Positions 47,904 through 61,509 of a stretch of DNA of 64,000 bases are shown here, piece by piece. A program made the position numbers and the translations under genes. Each line of letters starts with the position of its first letter. Positions within the stretch are counted from its first letter, which is position 1. This stretch comes from Podospora anserina. Its lineage: Eukaryota. The stretch spans positions 434,001 through 498,000 of the forward strand of contig CM030338.1 in NCBI GenBank assembly GCA_017654855.1, read 5' to 3'. Under the pieces are notes generated by a model. That model was not told where the DNA came from and ran no database searches. It was given only the letters and a program-made list of their open reading frames with translations.

Positions 47904-49435
47904 GGGAGCTGGTGCTGGTCGCCGTTGACCCTGAACGCAGCAGGACGTCACGAGGAAGAGGGGAAATTTCACAATTGATGATGATGTTGCCAGCCATTGA
48001 TCCAACGTCCAGCCGCCTTCAGTGATGTTCACTTCTTCCTGTCCAGCTCGTCACTGTCAGGGGTAAACAACACAGAATGGCGGGCCACTCATCACCCTCC
48101 AATTTCCAGGAGAAAAGCTGTCAAAATGCTGTATATATCAATCAGCAGCACAGAATACATATTCCTACGCGTAACCACGGGGTTAAGGATGAAATACAAG
48201 CAACACAATACAGAATTATATACACACAAACATGGACAGGGAAAACGGCAGAGCCTCGAACCAAAGGAAAGCTCCGCTGCGCCGATGGGACGAAGGGGCC
48301 AATCACAGCCCCAATTGGCCCCTCGACAACCCCACCATCCACGTTCAACGCTCCCCGTGTGCCTGTGCCCGGCATGTTTTTGGACGCTTTCCACGCTCCT
48401 CAATCCGTCACATCCCGTCATGGCCCTTGCAGATCTCTCAGTCTTTTTTTCTGCTCTGCCTCTTGGAGGTACAGTAGTGTACATTTCAACAGCAAAATAC
48501 GCTGCAACATGTTCTACGGTTCCCTGGCCAAATCACGGGTAAAAAGTCGGTTGTCCCAGCAAGGGGACTGGGAATCATCGTCTTCTGACACAACCCACAA
48601 CCGTGGTGGGGATCTCGTTCTTGTCCCTCGTTTCGTTACAAGCCGAAAGAGAGAAAGGGTCGGGTCTTTCGGTCTTGTAAACACCATGTACCGGCTACAA
48701 GTGTACTGGTGCCTGGGCCTTGCTCGGTTTTCCTGCCTCTTCGGCTCGGCCCCCGTCATTACATCCGATCTGGCGGTTGTTGCTCGCTCCCAGGGCTCGA
48801 GATCATCCAGAGGATATTTGGAGTCATTGTCCTGCTGTCTCGCCAACTCGTCTTTTCCTCTCTCTCTTTCTTTGTTCCAGGTCTCCGTCCAACTGCCCCG
48901 CCATTCCGTCCCCGTTAGCCGGCTTCCCCCCGTATTTTTTACATTGTTCTTCCACATTCCCAGTTGCGGAGGTGGATCCCGTGCTATTTTCCCGGTGTTG
49001 TTCAGCTCCATAACCCGTCCCCAGTCTTGGGACCTCTTGACTCGTGTCAAGCCCCGGCCGGCCGTAACTCGCTGTTAAGAGATTTTCGATCAGAAATTAC
49101 ACATAGGCCTACTTTTTCCCACTCGCCTGGACACTCGACCGTTGAGCTCGTTATCCATCCAACGCTCTCACGAAACAACGGACTTCTTGCTGTTTGGCGA
49201 GCCTCCTTCCCCCTTCCTCCCCTCCCTCTCCGCGAAAAGCCGGTGCATACGACCAAACACAATAACGGATACCCCACGAGCTTTTTTTTTTTTTTTTTGG
49301 ATACCAGATCTTTGTTAACCGGACTTACTGCGGAGGACGAAAGACGAAGACACAAGGCATAGCCAGCCAGTAGGAGACACCGGTTTCGAACCACCACACA
49401 CCTCTCTTTCCTCACACACAGAAAACATCGCAAAG

Positions 49436-50537
49436 ATGGCCACAAAAGTATCAGGCGGCAAGGATGGCCAGAAGAAGCCTGCCACCGCCGCGACCAACTT
49501 GATTGGTGAGCTCAAGCCTTGCGACAAAAAGATATCGGGGACAAGGAATGCTGATGAAAGGAAACAGCTGGTGGTGGTGCTGGTATGATGGAGGCCTTGG
49601 TCTGCCATCCTCTTGACACCATCAAGGTGCGCATGCAGCTTTCCAAGCGCGGCAGAGTACCGGGCCAGGCCAAGCGCGGCTTCATCCGCACTGGTGTCGA
49701 GATCGTTCAGAAGGAGACCGCCCTTGGTCTGTACAAGGGTCTCGGTGCCGTGCTCACTGGTATCGTTCCCAAGATGGCCATCCGCTTCACCTCGTTCGAG
49801 TGGTACAAGCAGCTCCTCGCCAACAAGGAGACCGGTGTTGTTTCCGGCCAGGCCCTCTTCCTTGCCGGTCTCTCTGCCGGTGTGACCGAGGCCGTTGCCG
49901 TCGTCACTCCCATGGAGGTCATCAAGATTCGTCTCCAGGCGCAACACCACTCCATGGCCGATCCCCTCGATGTGCCCAAGTACCGCAACGCCGCCCACGC
50001 TCTCTACACCGTCGTCAAAGAGGAGGGGTTCAGTGCGCTCTACAGAGGTGTCTCGCTCACCGCGCTCAGACAGGGCAGCAACCAGGCCGTGAACTTCACT
50101 GCCTACACCTACTTCAAGGAGTGGTTGTACCAGTACCAGCCCGAGTACGTCGGCGGCAACCTCCCCAGCTACCAGACCACTCTCATCGGTCTCGTGTCCG
50201 GTGCCATGGGTCCTCTGAGCAACGCCCCCATCGATACCATCAAGACCAGACTCCAGAAGATGAAGGCCGAGCCCGGCACCTCCGCCCTCCAGAGAATCAC
50301 CAAGATTGCTGGCGAGATGTTCAAGTAGGTCCACTTCTTTGTCTCGCTCCACAAAACGCCACTAACCCGATAAACAACAGGCAAGAAGGATTCCACGCCT
50401 TCTACAAGGGCATCACCCCCAGAATCATGCGTGTCGCCCCCGGCCAGGCCGTCACTTTCACCGTCTACGAGTTCCTTAAGGAGAAGCTCGAGAAGAGCGG
50501 CCCATCAGTCATCACTGGGGGAAGGTACGAAGAATAA
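49436..50537 (+). CDS. sfc1: Mitochondrial succinate/fumarate carrier, two introns
   Basis: NLI|AGGGAGMMEALVCHPLDTIKVRMQL; three Px[DE]xxKxR motifs; QHHSMADPLDVPKYRNAAHA; FYKGITPRIMRVAPGQAVTF. Confidence 0.93.
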
Positions 50538-52385
50538 TTCCTCCCCATCATCACAGCCGTCACACCCATATCCTGGACCCCTCCGGACCCAACTCCCCTG
50601 GACCACCTGGACCCTCCCTGGATTTTGTTTCATATTCCCGCATCTGGCCTTTTGTTTTTTTGTATTGTTTTTTCAAGGAGTTGGAAGCTGATCAAAAACT
50701 GCTGTTTTGCTTTTTTGTTTGGGATAGTCGCGACAAGGAATTTGATAGCATGAAGGCCAAGGCTGCTTGAATGAATTGAGTTCGAGCAGTTTTTGATTTT
50801 TTGTCTCTTCCTCTCATCTTTTTTGTTCTTTTTACGAAAAAAAAAAGGAGCAAGAGATGCGACAGCGACACGGGAAAATAGAAGCGCAAGGGCTTTCAGA
50901 TCACCGTGTTACCATCGAGGACGGTAATTCACCAACGCCGCCCGAGTCAAGGATACCACTTTGTTTGGATACGTCGATATGGAACCGGATTGGATAGGTA
51001 CATAAAGGGACAGACGGACGGGAAAGGGATGGCGGTCTGGTGTGCTGTGATCTTCTTGAGGTGGGGGAAGAAGAGGAGGGTTTTGGAAAGGGAAGTGTTG
51101 GATGGAAGGGAATGGGCATTGCGAAAAGTCACTTTGTTCTCCAAAAGCATGGCAATTACATGTTTGGTAGAGAAGGCATGCATTGCATTGGGTGGCGCGA
51201 TTTTGTTTATACGAGCAAGACCTTTTTTTCTTTTTTTTTTTGGGTACCTTGTAAGATGGAGGTGGTGTATATATCCGAGGAATTTAGATGAATTGTACTT
51301 GATGCATGATGGGCTTGGTGTTTTTGACTTCTATTGTTTGGGTCATGTGCTGGTAGTTGACGATGCAGGTTCAGATGGCTGCATGGAACATGAGCTGAGG
51401 ATGGTACACTTGCAGCTGTGTGGTGTATAGGTGTGGTTAAAATGAACATCTCGCCACAATGCATCTTGGTCATGAAAGTCTATGCTGACCTCACCGCTGA
51501 GTCCTCTTGTTAAGCCCCGATCTCGTACACAGTCCCTGTTAGTTATTCAACTCCAATCAGCATGCCCTTCGCCGTCTGCATCTCTCTGCCATGATACCTG
51601 AAACTGCCACATTTCCAGATCTACTAGGTTCGGTTGGTGGTGGTGATGCAAATTTGGCCATGGAGATTCGGTTATGAATGAGGATGAGGATTTAGTTATC
51701 CAGGATTGGCTCTGGAATTTTATTGGGAACAGGAGTATAGTCATGAGCAGCCTAACATTTGGGGGTTCAATGTTGAGTGATGATTTGGGTTGTGGTTTAC
51801 TCCATAGGTTACATCAAAGTCATGTGAGAGCACCAATAAGCCTCAATGACCTTTGTCTTATTATTCGGAAGTAATGTAGGAGATACTTATCTGAAGAGCT
51901 TGGGGTGTGGAACGCCCAGAGTGAAAAGTGATGATTTTGGTGATGAACTGAGAAAATTAATAAAGACTCAAAAGCCATGTGCCTCAAGCCCTAAGAGCAA
52001 CCTGCTCACCATTCACATCCCACATGTGGTGAGGTTGCGCCTGAAAGGCAGAAAAGAGGTGTGGGCACAGATGCTCTCGTGTGTTCTTTGTATCTGACCG
52101 TTTTTAGAAGCGGGAAAATCTATGTAGTGAATATGAATGGAAGCACCAGCTGAGTCATCACTTCCAAAACTCGTGAAGGAGCAGGCGGAATGAAAGCAAC
52201 ACCACAGCTCCGTATTGATACCACACCCCGTTTTGCTCCCACCAGTTTCGTTTTTCTTCTGCCAGTCTCTCAGGCCCAACACTGCAATCTATCTACCTGC
52301 CACGCGCCTTAGCGATCACCAAAAAATCAGCAAACATGGCAGGCCCTGACGCGGATCAGGATTTGATGAGGATTTCGATACGGAG

Positions 52386-53713
52386 ATGTTTGGCCCAATT
52401 CTGAGAATCTCAGAAGAAGCCCTTGTCCGCCTTACTTACAACATGGCAATTCGACATGCACCAGTCTTGAAAACCCTGGATGGTCGTGTGGTCCGGAAAC
52501 TTTCCGGAGGATTCAATTTCATCTTCATTATCGCTTACGGAGATTTCAAACTCGTGGTCCGCGTACCTGCTTTCTGGGGCAAGAGATGGACCGAGGAGGC
52601 GGCGCTATCCATGAGGTCAGAGGTCGCTACCCTCAAAATTATCCGCGAGAGAACCACCGTTCCCGTTCCGGAGGTTTACAGATTCGACTTGACCTTCGGC
52701 AACGACAATCGCCAACCGTACATCTGCACCAGCTTCTTGATTGGGACTCCCGTATCACACGCTTGGTACGACAAGGAGGGGGCCCAAGGATATGTTCGAA
52801 TACTTCCGGCTCAGGGTCCTTTCCAGCATGGCCAAAACTATGGCTCAACTCGCCACCTTGCCTTCCTTTGACAATATTGGGTGCATTCAAGAGGACCCAG
52901 GCACTCCGGGCAAGTACATGGTTGGTCCCGTGTGCCATCGAGACGTGATGGTGGAGAAGGAAGATCCAAGGGTTGAGGCTACTGGCCCTTTCGACACTGC
53001 CGCCGAGTACCTCGCGATGCACACAAATGTGCCTGATGGAGGGTGGGGTACCTCGTGGACAATGGCAACTGGCAGACTTCTCCCGGTGCTCGTCACATAT
53101 TTGCCGCAGGATGACGGCTGGTTCGTGCTCGAGCTCCCTGGATTCGACTCTTCAAACATCTTGGTGGACGCCAGCGGCAGGGTGACTGGGATTACCGACT
53201 GTGATCTCGCCCAGACAGTACCCGGTTATGTCGGTTACGCCAGGTATCCGGGGTGGATAACTCGTGACTGGGACCCGGTCTGGTACCGGCCTGACTCGGA
53301 GCATGAGGTCTCCCCAATGGAACTGAATGCGTATCGAGATTATTACGCCACCGAGCTGGAGCGCTCTTGTCAGAAGAGACGATCTTGTCTGTGCCTTTGT
53401 GAAGCACACTTGGAGACCTCACAGGTACGAGGCTATCTGGATTGCCCTGCATAGCAAGCCGACTCGCACCGAAATCGTCCGCAAGTTTCTTCAACTGGCG
53501 TTGCCCAAACATGAAAACTCGTATCATCATATGATCTGGATTGGGGAGGATAGATATGAGGATGAAGAGCGGGAGGAGCTGAAGGAAGGGTTCGACTGGC
53601 TGTTCCACTCAGATGATTCGGCGGCACTTAACCCACTGGCCGAGAGACCGCCCATTGTAGTTTCAGACTCGGACGAGTCGGAAGCTGGAGATGAAGCTGC
53701 AGCTGAAGCATAA
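52386..53713 (+). pseudogene. Aminoglycoside-phosphotransferase (APH)/kinase-like gene, frameshifted
   Basis: GGFN, VVRVP, SEVATLKIIRERTTVPVPEVY, GPFDT, NILVD...VTGITDCD and YPGWITRDWDP are split over three frames (shifts near 52780 and 53375). The catalytic HxD is replaced by LPG. Confidence 0.75.
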
Positions 53714-53815
53714 AGTGCTTGAATAGAACATGCTATCTCCCACGCTTACCATCTGACAAACTGATATCAGCTTGGTATCAAGCGCCTAAATAAGCAGCAG
53801 TGGCTAGGGAAAATA

Positions 53816-53843
53816 CTACCTACCTACCTACCTACCTACCTAC
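53816..53843. repeat. (CTAC)n microsatellite
   Basis: Seen directly. Confidence 0.9.
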
Positions 53844-54429
53844 TTAGATCTACCATCGTACCTTAGGTATTGAGAGCATACCTTATTCAAAATTCTAAAG
53901 CTGCTTACTGTGCTGCAAGGTCCCAGAGTGCCCACCTAACATGAGGGTAGCCAGCCAATACGCAGTTTTACTCAGACGGTATCACCACACTTTGTGAGTG
54001 AAAGGTCTTTGTTCTCAGCACTACCACTTTGTACTGTTGATAGCTCTGCCCGTGACAGTTCCGTAAATGTTCCAAACTGCGAGACTGCACCCGGGCTGCA
54101 TGTCGAGCCTTTAGGATCCGCAGACATTGAAATGCGAGCTGATCAAAGGGCTGGACTGGGAGTCGAACAGAGGGGAATAATGGAGATCTATCGAAGGTAG
54201 AATAAAGACTCTCCCAAACCTAGAGGCCTTGACCAGTGTTGGATACTAGCCGGTTCGCCATAGTACTATCTATTCACTGCAGCACCTCACAACGTTCAGG
54301 GCCTCGTTAGCCATTCAAGAGACAACTCGAGTTGATCATTTCGTCAGTCTCTGACGTTTCGGTAACAACATCAGCGGGAAATCTACTTTAAGTTGGCCCC
54401 AATCAGAGCTAGCCGTGGCTCCAGCTGAC

Positions 54430-54757
54430 ATGATGCCGGGATCATATACTCATCATTGGTTCGTACACCCTTATGTTCTGAGTGAAACCCCCAGCACGGC
54501 TCACACTTCACCTGCCATGTAGCCCCGTATGCCACAAATCGCCAGATAGTCGCTGCAAGAATCAGGGGCACGTAAAGTGGTGTGGCGTCTGTTTGGAACA
54601 CCATGTCGGACGAGTTCCTGAGTGTAGTCACTGTCTTCAGAAGCGGGAGGCCGAGGCTGCGCGGTTGCAAAGAGAGGCGGAAAAGGCGGAAAAGAAGAAA
54701 AACAAGACACCAAACAAACCGAAGAAACCGAAGCCAGAGGAGGAAAAGGAGACATAA
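54430..54757 (+). CDS. Small Cys/His-rich, Lys-rich protein, one predicted intron
   Basis: A GTTCGT...GCTCAC...TAG intron yields MMPGSYTHHCPVCHKSPDSRCKNQGHVKWCGVCLEHHVGRVPECSHC plus a basic coiled-coil tail. Confidence 0.6.
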
Positions 54758-55302
54758 ACCCTGAGATGGAAGAAGCAAGATGCATAAAAGGTATCGTCTC
54801 TGGTGAAGGGCGCGGGGAAACGGACGATCTGACAAGCCGCATCAGCGGGGGTGTCACTTGGCTCGCTTGGTGATTCAATCCACCAGGAAACCAAGGTTGA
54901 TTTGCTGGTGTCAAATCACAGCTGTGGACAATATGATTACGACGATGTACTGGAAGCAACTGGATATATACCTGCGGTATCTACTTTAAACGAAATGTCG
55001 GCGTTGGTGCTACGAAGAACACCTATGTTTGTTGTACCAGGTACCTACCCCTGAGATTTGCACACTGTGAGGATCTGGTTTGGGAGATGGAGGCTTCACT
55101 TGGCAAGGATCCTCGCTGCTGGCGAGTATCGCGGTTCAGAGAGTGACAACAAATGAGCATTAAACAGCAAGTCTATCGAACCATTTCATAACAGGAACAA
55201 TCCTTCGCTTATATATCTCCCCACCATCAAAAGTCCCTTGATTCATTAACCCATTACTTCATAACAAAACCCCCCCTAAAACCCCTCCAACATGTCAGGC
55301 AC

Positions 55303-55746
55303 TCAAGCCAAAGTCTGGGGAGCGTAGCTCTTATCAGGCACAACAGCCTTCCCGTTGACCAACTCCCAGTCAGCATAAGCAGGCCAGACAATCTGCTTCT
55401 TGCTCCAGTCGACCAGAGACCAGGTGGTGAAGCCGTTGCCCTCGCCGAACTGGCCGCTCCAGGACGAGCTGAGGGTGTAAGGGCCGCAGGTGACGCCGTT
55501 GGTCGGGGCGCGGCTGGCGGGGGCGCCGGTGACGGTGTAGGAGCAGTTGGTCACGGCAGCACCGGTCTGGGTGTCGACGCCAAAGGTGACCTTGCACGAG
55601 GTGTCGGCCTTGTTGCAGGTGCGGGTGAAGGACTTGACGACCCATTGGGGGGTGGCGGCCATGGCGGAGACGGCGTCGCGAGCCTCGAGAGCGGGAGCGG
55701 CGAGGGCGGTGCCGGCGAGGCCGAGGAGGACGGTGGTGAGCTGCAT
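55303..55746 (-). CDS. Small secreted 4-Cys protein (surface protein 1-like)
   Basis: Signal peptide MQLTTVLLGLAGTALA, LEAR propeptide, SWSGQFGEGNGFTT and strong codon bias. TATAAAA lies upstream (~55879). Confidence 0.88.
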   Translation of the reverse strand: MQLTTVLLGLAGTALAAPALEARDAVSAMAATPQWVVKSFTRTCNKADTSCKVTFGVDTQTGAAVTNCSYTVTGAPASRAPTNGVTCGPYTLSSSWSGQFGEGNGFTTWSLVDWSKKQIVWPAYADWELVNGKAVVPDKSYAPQTLA

Positions 55747-56835
55747 TTTGAAATTTGGTTGTTTTGTTTGAGTGTGGTAGAGTAGACTCGAGCGTGACTG
55801 TGACTGCAAGACTGGATGCTGGTGATGGTGATGAGGAAGTAAATTGGACCAAGACTGAAGACATTCAACTCCTTTTATACCTATTTACTCGCATACAATT
55901 CAACATGTTGACCTCTCCTGACATAAACATGATCTGACATAAGACCCTTCCAGGATTCCCCGGATGGCCACTGCCGAATACATGCTATGCGAAGCATCTC
56001 CAAGCCGCAACACGAGAATCATAGTTCCATTGGGGCTTGGTCCGCAGCTCGTCCGGCATAGTTGGAGCCACGGTGAGGAGTTATAGTGGGTAAGCAGATG
56101 CTGCGACGTTACTTCGTGTCCTTCGTATTCCCCCAACTCAGTCGCTCACCTGACCGCTCGGTGAATTCGTATCCTTCTTTTCTTGTGCCACCTCATCTCT
56201 GGGTCCTCTATGATTTGGTGGCTATTTACAGCCCTGAACTAACTGCATAGAATCCTTCGCTGTTGTCAAAGTGTTACGAGAAAAAGCCTCTGCTATTGAC
56301 ATGATTGTTTTGTTTCCGGTACTGCTGCAGAAAAACAAAAAGTCCGAGCGTTATTCCCGAGTAGGCCGGGCTGAGGACGTAAAAGGTGGATGACAGGTGA
56401 AGATCAGTTCAAGAACGAGCATCGGCTATGCCCGGATGGGCCGGAGAGGCATCTACTGACGATTCGAACTATGTAATGGCTCCACAGGGTCGAACTGCCG
56501 GGAGCTGAATATCAAGCTTGGCCTTGAACTTCAATCCTTTTTAACTTTTGAATATTACTGACCATCTGACAGTCCTTTTATCATATTTGTGCATTGAATA
56601 CATTATTATACAAGTTTGCGTTCTTGTTGCTTCATAACTCGTCAAGGCTGCTCAAAGTGTTCCCCCATCGCAGCCATTACCCCAGACGGGCCAGCTCCTC
56701 GCTTGGCCCTACTACTCTCCTCCAAATAATCCGTCAACGCTTTCCAGGATACAATGTTATCAGGCTTGTGTTCCATCATTCAGATGACAAGCGTGCGAGA
56801 CAAAAACACACAAAACAAAAGCCAGTGCTCAACCA

Positions 56836-57125
56836 TCAGGGCTTACTGCTTGGTTGTCCCAGCGAACTCTTGCCCGTCTCTGTCTGCCCAGTATGCGCCG
56901 TGTTGTTGAAGTGTATATCGGTTCCGCCAACCATGCTTGGCTGATGGGCTTGGGCGGGGTATGTGGTGTTGAGAGCATGGTGCTTCTTCTCGGGAGCCGC
57001 TATACGAAGGGTCCAGGTCAGTCACTGGAGAACCTTGACAAAGAAACAAGGAATGACATACGCTCTTCGTTGATCTTCGTCGCCTGCTCGAATCCCTTGC
57101 GCATTGTGTCCTTGACTTTGTCCAT
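56836..57125 (-). CDS. Small hydrophilic hypothetical protein (~75 aa), one intron
   Basis: MDKVKDTMRKGFEQATKINEE, then a GTATGT...CTGAC...TAG intron, then PAPEKKHHALNTTY...; ACAATG start context. Confidence 0.5.
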
Positions 57126-57402
57126 TGTGATGAAGGTTTTCCGTTGTGTTTTGTTATGTTTTTGTAAAGATGAACTGTAGTTTTGCCGAGGACAAGTCGA
57201 TAACCTATACACCAGACCTACTCTGGATTTTAAGTTCTGTCGTTCAGCTGGACTGATGCAATCATCGTCATGTCATCATCGTCTCGACTTCACGATGGTG
57301 CCAAGATCCAAACGCTTGGCTGATATCATCAAAACCCAACGATCAGATGAAGTGGGGCATTCCGACGGCAGATCTCAGGGGCAGTGCACCCGTAGAGAAA
57401 CC

Positions 57403-59223
57403 TCACGAACCCCAACGAGCGATGAGCTCATCCTTCTTTGCGCTTCTGGCCCTGAGTTTGGCCATGCTGTTGTTGAGCCCTTCCTTCTCTTGGCGAATCT
57501 TTTCCAGTTCCTGAGAGAGCACATCGATCGAACTCTCGATCTCGGGGTCCACCAGTCGAACATGTCCAAAGGGGCTCTCCGCCAGGATCGAGTCACGAAT
57601 GAGTTGGATGGCAACCTTTCCATCAGCAATCTGTCTGGTGGCCGTGTAATCGAACGATTCTTGTACGTTCTTGGCAATATCCTCAGTCTTGCTGCGCCTT
57701 TCGGCGAGAATACTGGCCAACTCCCTTGCCCGAGCTGGGAAGTCAGGTGTCCCCTCTTCCTCGTGGGGTAAACTGATAGCAAGCGATCGCAATATCTCGT
57801 TCAGTGGCGACTCTTCCATAGCACCGCCCATCCCAGAAGAGCGTCGCGCATGTCTGGGCCGAGGACGAACGGGAGAATCCATCACACCGCGTTGACTAAC
57901 GGTCGGACGACGTGAACGCGGTGTTGCGAGTGCGACCTTGGTGGCAACCTCTGACTGGGCTATCTCGAGGAGAGAATCGGCCGCGAGTTGGTAAGCCTTG
58001 AACGCCTCTAGGCGTGCGCTTAAATCTTGCACATGATCGAGGAGGTAGTCGAGACAGTCGTGAACCTAACCCGCGGTTAGCCCGAGGACCCCTACTGCTG
58101 TGTCCAAGCCACCCACATATCCAGTTGCCTGTTTCGACTTTGCTTGCTCCTGGGCATTCTTGGCCTCCACCTTCTTCAGCGCCGGCTCGAGAAACTGCTG
58201 CTCGACAGACATCTGTGCAACAGGCAGGATCTCGGAGTAGAGGGATTCGACCTCTTCCTGCAGGGAAGAGACTTCTCCAGGTGAGACTCGGCTGCTGGAC
58301 CCTGAATTCTTCTCCTCCAAGGTCTCAAGATAGATACGATCGAGTCTCGTCCGGACGCCCTCCACAGTACACTTGATCAGCCTGCCCTCGCGTGAGTCCC
58401 TGAATCGAGAAGGAAAACAATGGGGGATAAGGGTCCGCACCTCGCACATGTTTCACGCAGCATGACGACATGATTTTGCTCTTCAGGGTCTTTTGTATCC
58501 AGTTCCCATCCCAGTTTCTGGAGGCTTGCCAGGAGCTTATCGTCTGAGCGGAACAGGGTGTCGACGGTTTGCTGGATGGCCGGGCCGGCCCCTGTGGTTT
58601 GCTGTTCCAACTCGAGAAGTTGAGAATCCAGGGACTGAGACAGCTCTTCAACCTGAACACCTTGTTATTACCAAGCTCGCAAGGGTCGAGATAGGAGGGG
58701 ACGTGTGTGTTTCTGAACGCACAGCCAGAGTAAGATCCCTACGTTGGGACTCATATTTTCGGTCCTGCTCCGACTCAAACACCCGTCTTTCCTGGCGAGT
58801 CTGGCGATCCGCAGCCACGAGGCGGTCAAGGGCCTCACGCTGCTGCTTCAGGGTCTCGGTCTGCTTGGTGATGGCTTGGGTAGACCTGTCCAGCTGTTCG
58901 ATGGCGTCTCTGACATTCTCATCCGTGAGCCCCTGAACAGCAGCCAGATCCGAGGATGATGCCAGCTTGTCGACAATGCCGGCCTTCTCCAGTGCAGCAT
59001 ATCTCGTAAAGAGTTAGTATGAGAGGGAATATACAAGGACGACGACGATGACCTACTGGGCAAACTCGTCCGGGGTGAGGAGAGTGTCCGGGGTGAGATG
59101 GGATGTTGCCCACTGCACAAACTGGTTGCCCGTGGATGAGCCGTTGAAGGCGGCCCTCACCGCCGCTGCATCGAATGACGCGTCGTACGCCCTCAGCAAT
59201 TTGACGAGAAATTCAGGGTCCAT
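57403..59223 (-). CDS. Conserved multi-exon coiled-coil protein (possibly HAUS3/augmin subunit-like)
   Basis: Exons MDPEFLVKLL...TLLTPDEFAQ|YAALEKAG..., DDKLLASLQKLG, VRTRLDRIYLE...LYSEILPVAQMSVEQQFLEP, LAESPFGHVRLVDPE...IARWGS, with canonical introns. The family call is from memory only. Confidence 0.8.
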
Positions 59224-61488
59224 CGGGACAGGGATGGGTTTGCGGGCAGAGAGACACAGCAGCAGCTCAAAGCAAAATCCTGCATCCACGAGTCGAGTCG
59301 TGGTGATATGTGGCGTTTTGGTGTTTCTGTTGACTTTACAGCGCATCCCCTTCTGTTGTTTTTGGGCCCTCACACCCCTAACCCCGCTCCAATGTGGCCT
59401 GTGCACCACTGCCCTGGACACGCCAAGGTTCGGGGAAGGCTTCCGCTCCAACATCTCCTCCTCATGTGTTCCCCAGATTTCAGATCTTATCTCAACGACA
59501 GCTCAACTCATGCCTTATGCCTCCTGCCTCCCTTTTCATCTCTTACGCCCGTAGCTTTCTGGATGGCATTTCTATCTCCAACAGCATAAAGCACACACAA
59601 CACACACCATGAAATATCTGACTGCGGTGTGCCGAAATTGACCAGCGAGCGCGCGACGGCCAGCCACTTTCTTGCCCAACATGACTGAACGAGTCCCTGC
59701 ATATCTCTCCCTCGGTGACCCATGCGGAGAATATGGATGATACCTGTCCAGACCGTGCTTGACGCCGCCCACCTTCTCTCAACCGCCCGGTCTACCCTCG
59801 ATCCCCCCGATCGCCTTCCAAGGTTCCCAGCCGCCGGTGACACACGCTCTCTGCCAACATTTCCATGGCTGGCGGCCCCTCCCCCCAAACCGGGGCCTGG
59901 AATGGCCCTGTCAACCGGCCTTCTCGAAGAATCGCAGAGGACCTTCTCCAGTTTGGCAAATCTAACCGAGAAAGCGGAATCCCGGTCGACCGGCCTTTGC
60001 CAGTCCGATTTTCTCTCGTACTCTGATCGGAGAGGGCGATCTAAGGGAAGAGGATGTTTCCTTCCATCGAAAGTCAATGATCCGGCCTTCGAGAATCGAC
60101 ACTGCCCTGATACGGGTTCGTGTCCACACCCGAAACTGGGACGGGGGAAACAAAAAGCAGCGGGTGCGCCTGCCCATTCTCGACCGCGGGCATCATTCGG
60201 AGCTTTCGTCGTGAGGCTTATTCGGAAGACGTAGACTCGGACCCGACCTGTCCAGCGGGCTAATCACGGCGGTTTTTGCACCAGAACTGGTCGCAGCAGC
60301 GTGATGCACAGCGTGTTGATTGGGCTAGCTCATGCGTGCTCGACAGGAGCGTCAGCCTTGTGGTGATGCCAACACAGCGAGTCCCAGGCTCTCTCTTTCC
60401 CCTTCTTGTCGCGATCCAGTCGTACAGCATGGCGCGACTGCAGTGGTTGCAACGAAAATGGACACGCTTGACGCTCAAAGGCCGACCGACAGCAGCATGC
60501 GCCCAGGATGTCGCCGATCGTGGGGAACAGCCATCTCGCAGCCCAAACTAAGGTGCCGTTGGAGGATGAAAATAGGAAGCAGGAAGACGCTCAGCTATTC
60601 AGGGCCTCGACCACGGTTTTCGAAGACGATCGTCTGAATTAGCTTCTCCGCGCAGCACAAGCACAAGCCGTTGTGGACAGGAGACGTACGACGGCTGGAC
60701 CACCTTCTCCGATGTCCCTCGCCATTACATCCATCTTCCCCACGAACCAACCCAATCGCACCAGCACCAGTACACGACACAGACCACGGAGACCACCCAG
60801 CGTACCAAGCACACCACACCAACCACCCGGTCACCGCACGCTCCCCTCTACTTTTACGATGCGCATGCGTTGTACCTGCTGTGCTCTCAGTGAAAACATC
60901 GCTGATTATCACGCTTGGGCCAGAGGGCGGCTCGAGCCGCAGGAAACCGTTGTTTCGGGGCGGAAAGGTGCAGATTTACCGCCACATCCCCGAGCTCATA
61001 CTACTTCATGACTGGACTGCTCTTGATGCTTTCGTTTGAGGCCCGAAAAAAGATACGACGTCTTGGCTTCTCGGTTTGTCATGGTGTCCCGATTGGGCTT
61101 CAGTGGACGCTTGTTGATAGCCCCCTGGTTCGCACCCTCTACGCCCGCAGCCACCACGGAAGCATCCGGACGCTGGCGCTTGTCAGATCTGACATGGCTC
61201 CTGTCTCTAGCCTAACGCAGCCCTGAGGATGATAGCTTGATTGCTTGCGGTCGTTTGGATGACTGGCAGCCACACCGGCATCTTGTTTGCGGGGCGTTGC
61301 AGTGGCTTGATATCCATGTATCGGGTAGCCTATGCGGCTTCGGCCCCCCTTCCCGGGCTCTGTGAGAGGGGCCTCCTGTCCGTCATTTTCATGACATGAC
61401 AGTCAAGACAAGACCCCTCGCTTGGATGCGTGTTTGGGCGGTACGTGGCTGCGAGCAGGGGTGCGTGGGTTGCTGGACTGAACCTCGG

Positions 61489-61509
61489 GTGTGTGTGTGT
61501 GTGTGTGTG
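61489..61509. repeat. (GT)n microsatellite
   Basis: Seen directly. Confidence 0.9.

Noticed and set aside
47997-49362. Several long overlapping ORFs upstream of sfc1
   Set aside because: No codon bias or domains. Consistent with promoter/UTR sequence.
49315-50352. 345-aa antisense ORF over sfc1
   Set aside because: Shadow ORF caused by the strong codon bias of the sense gene.
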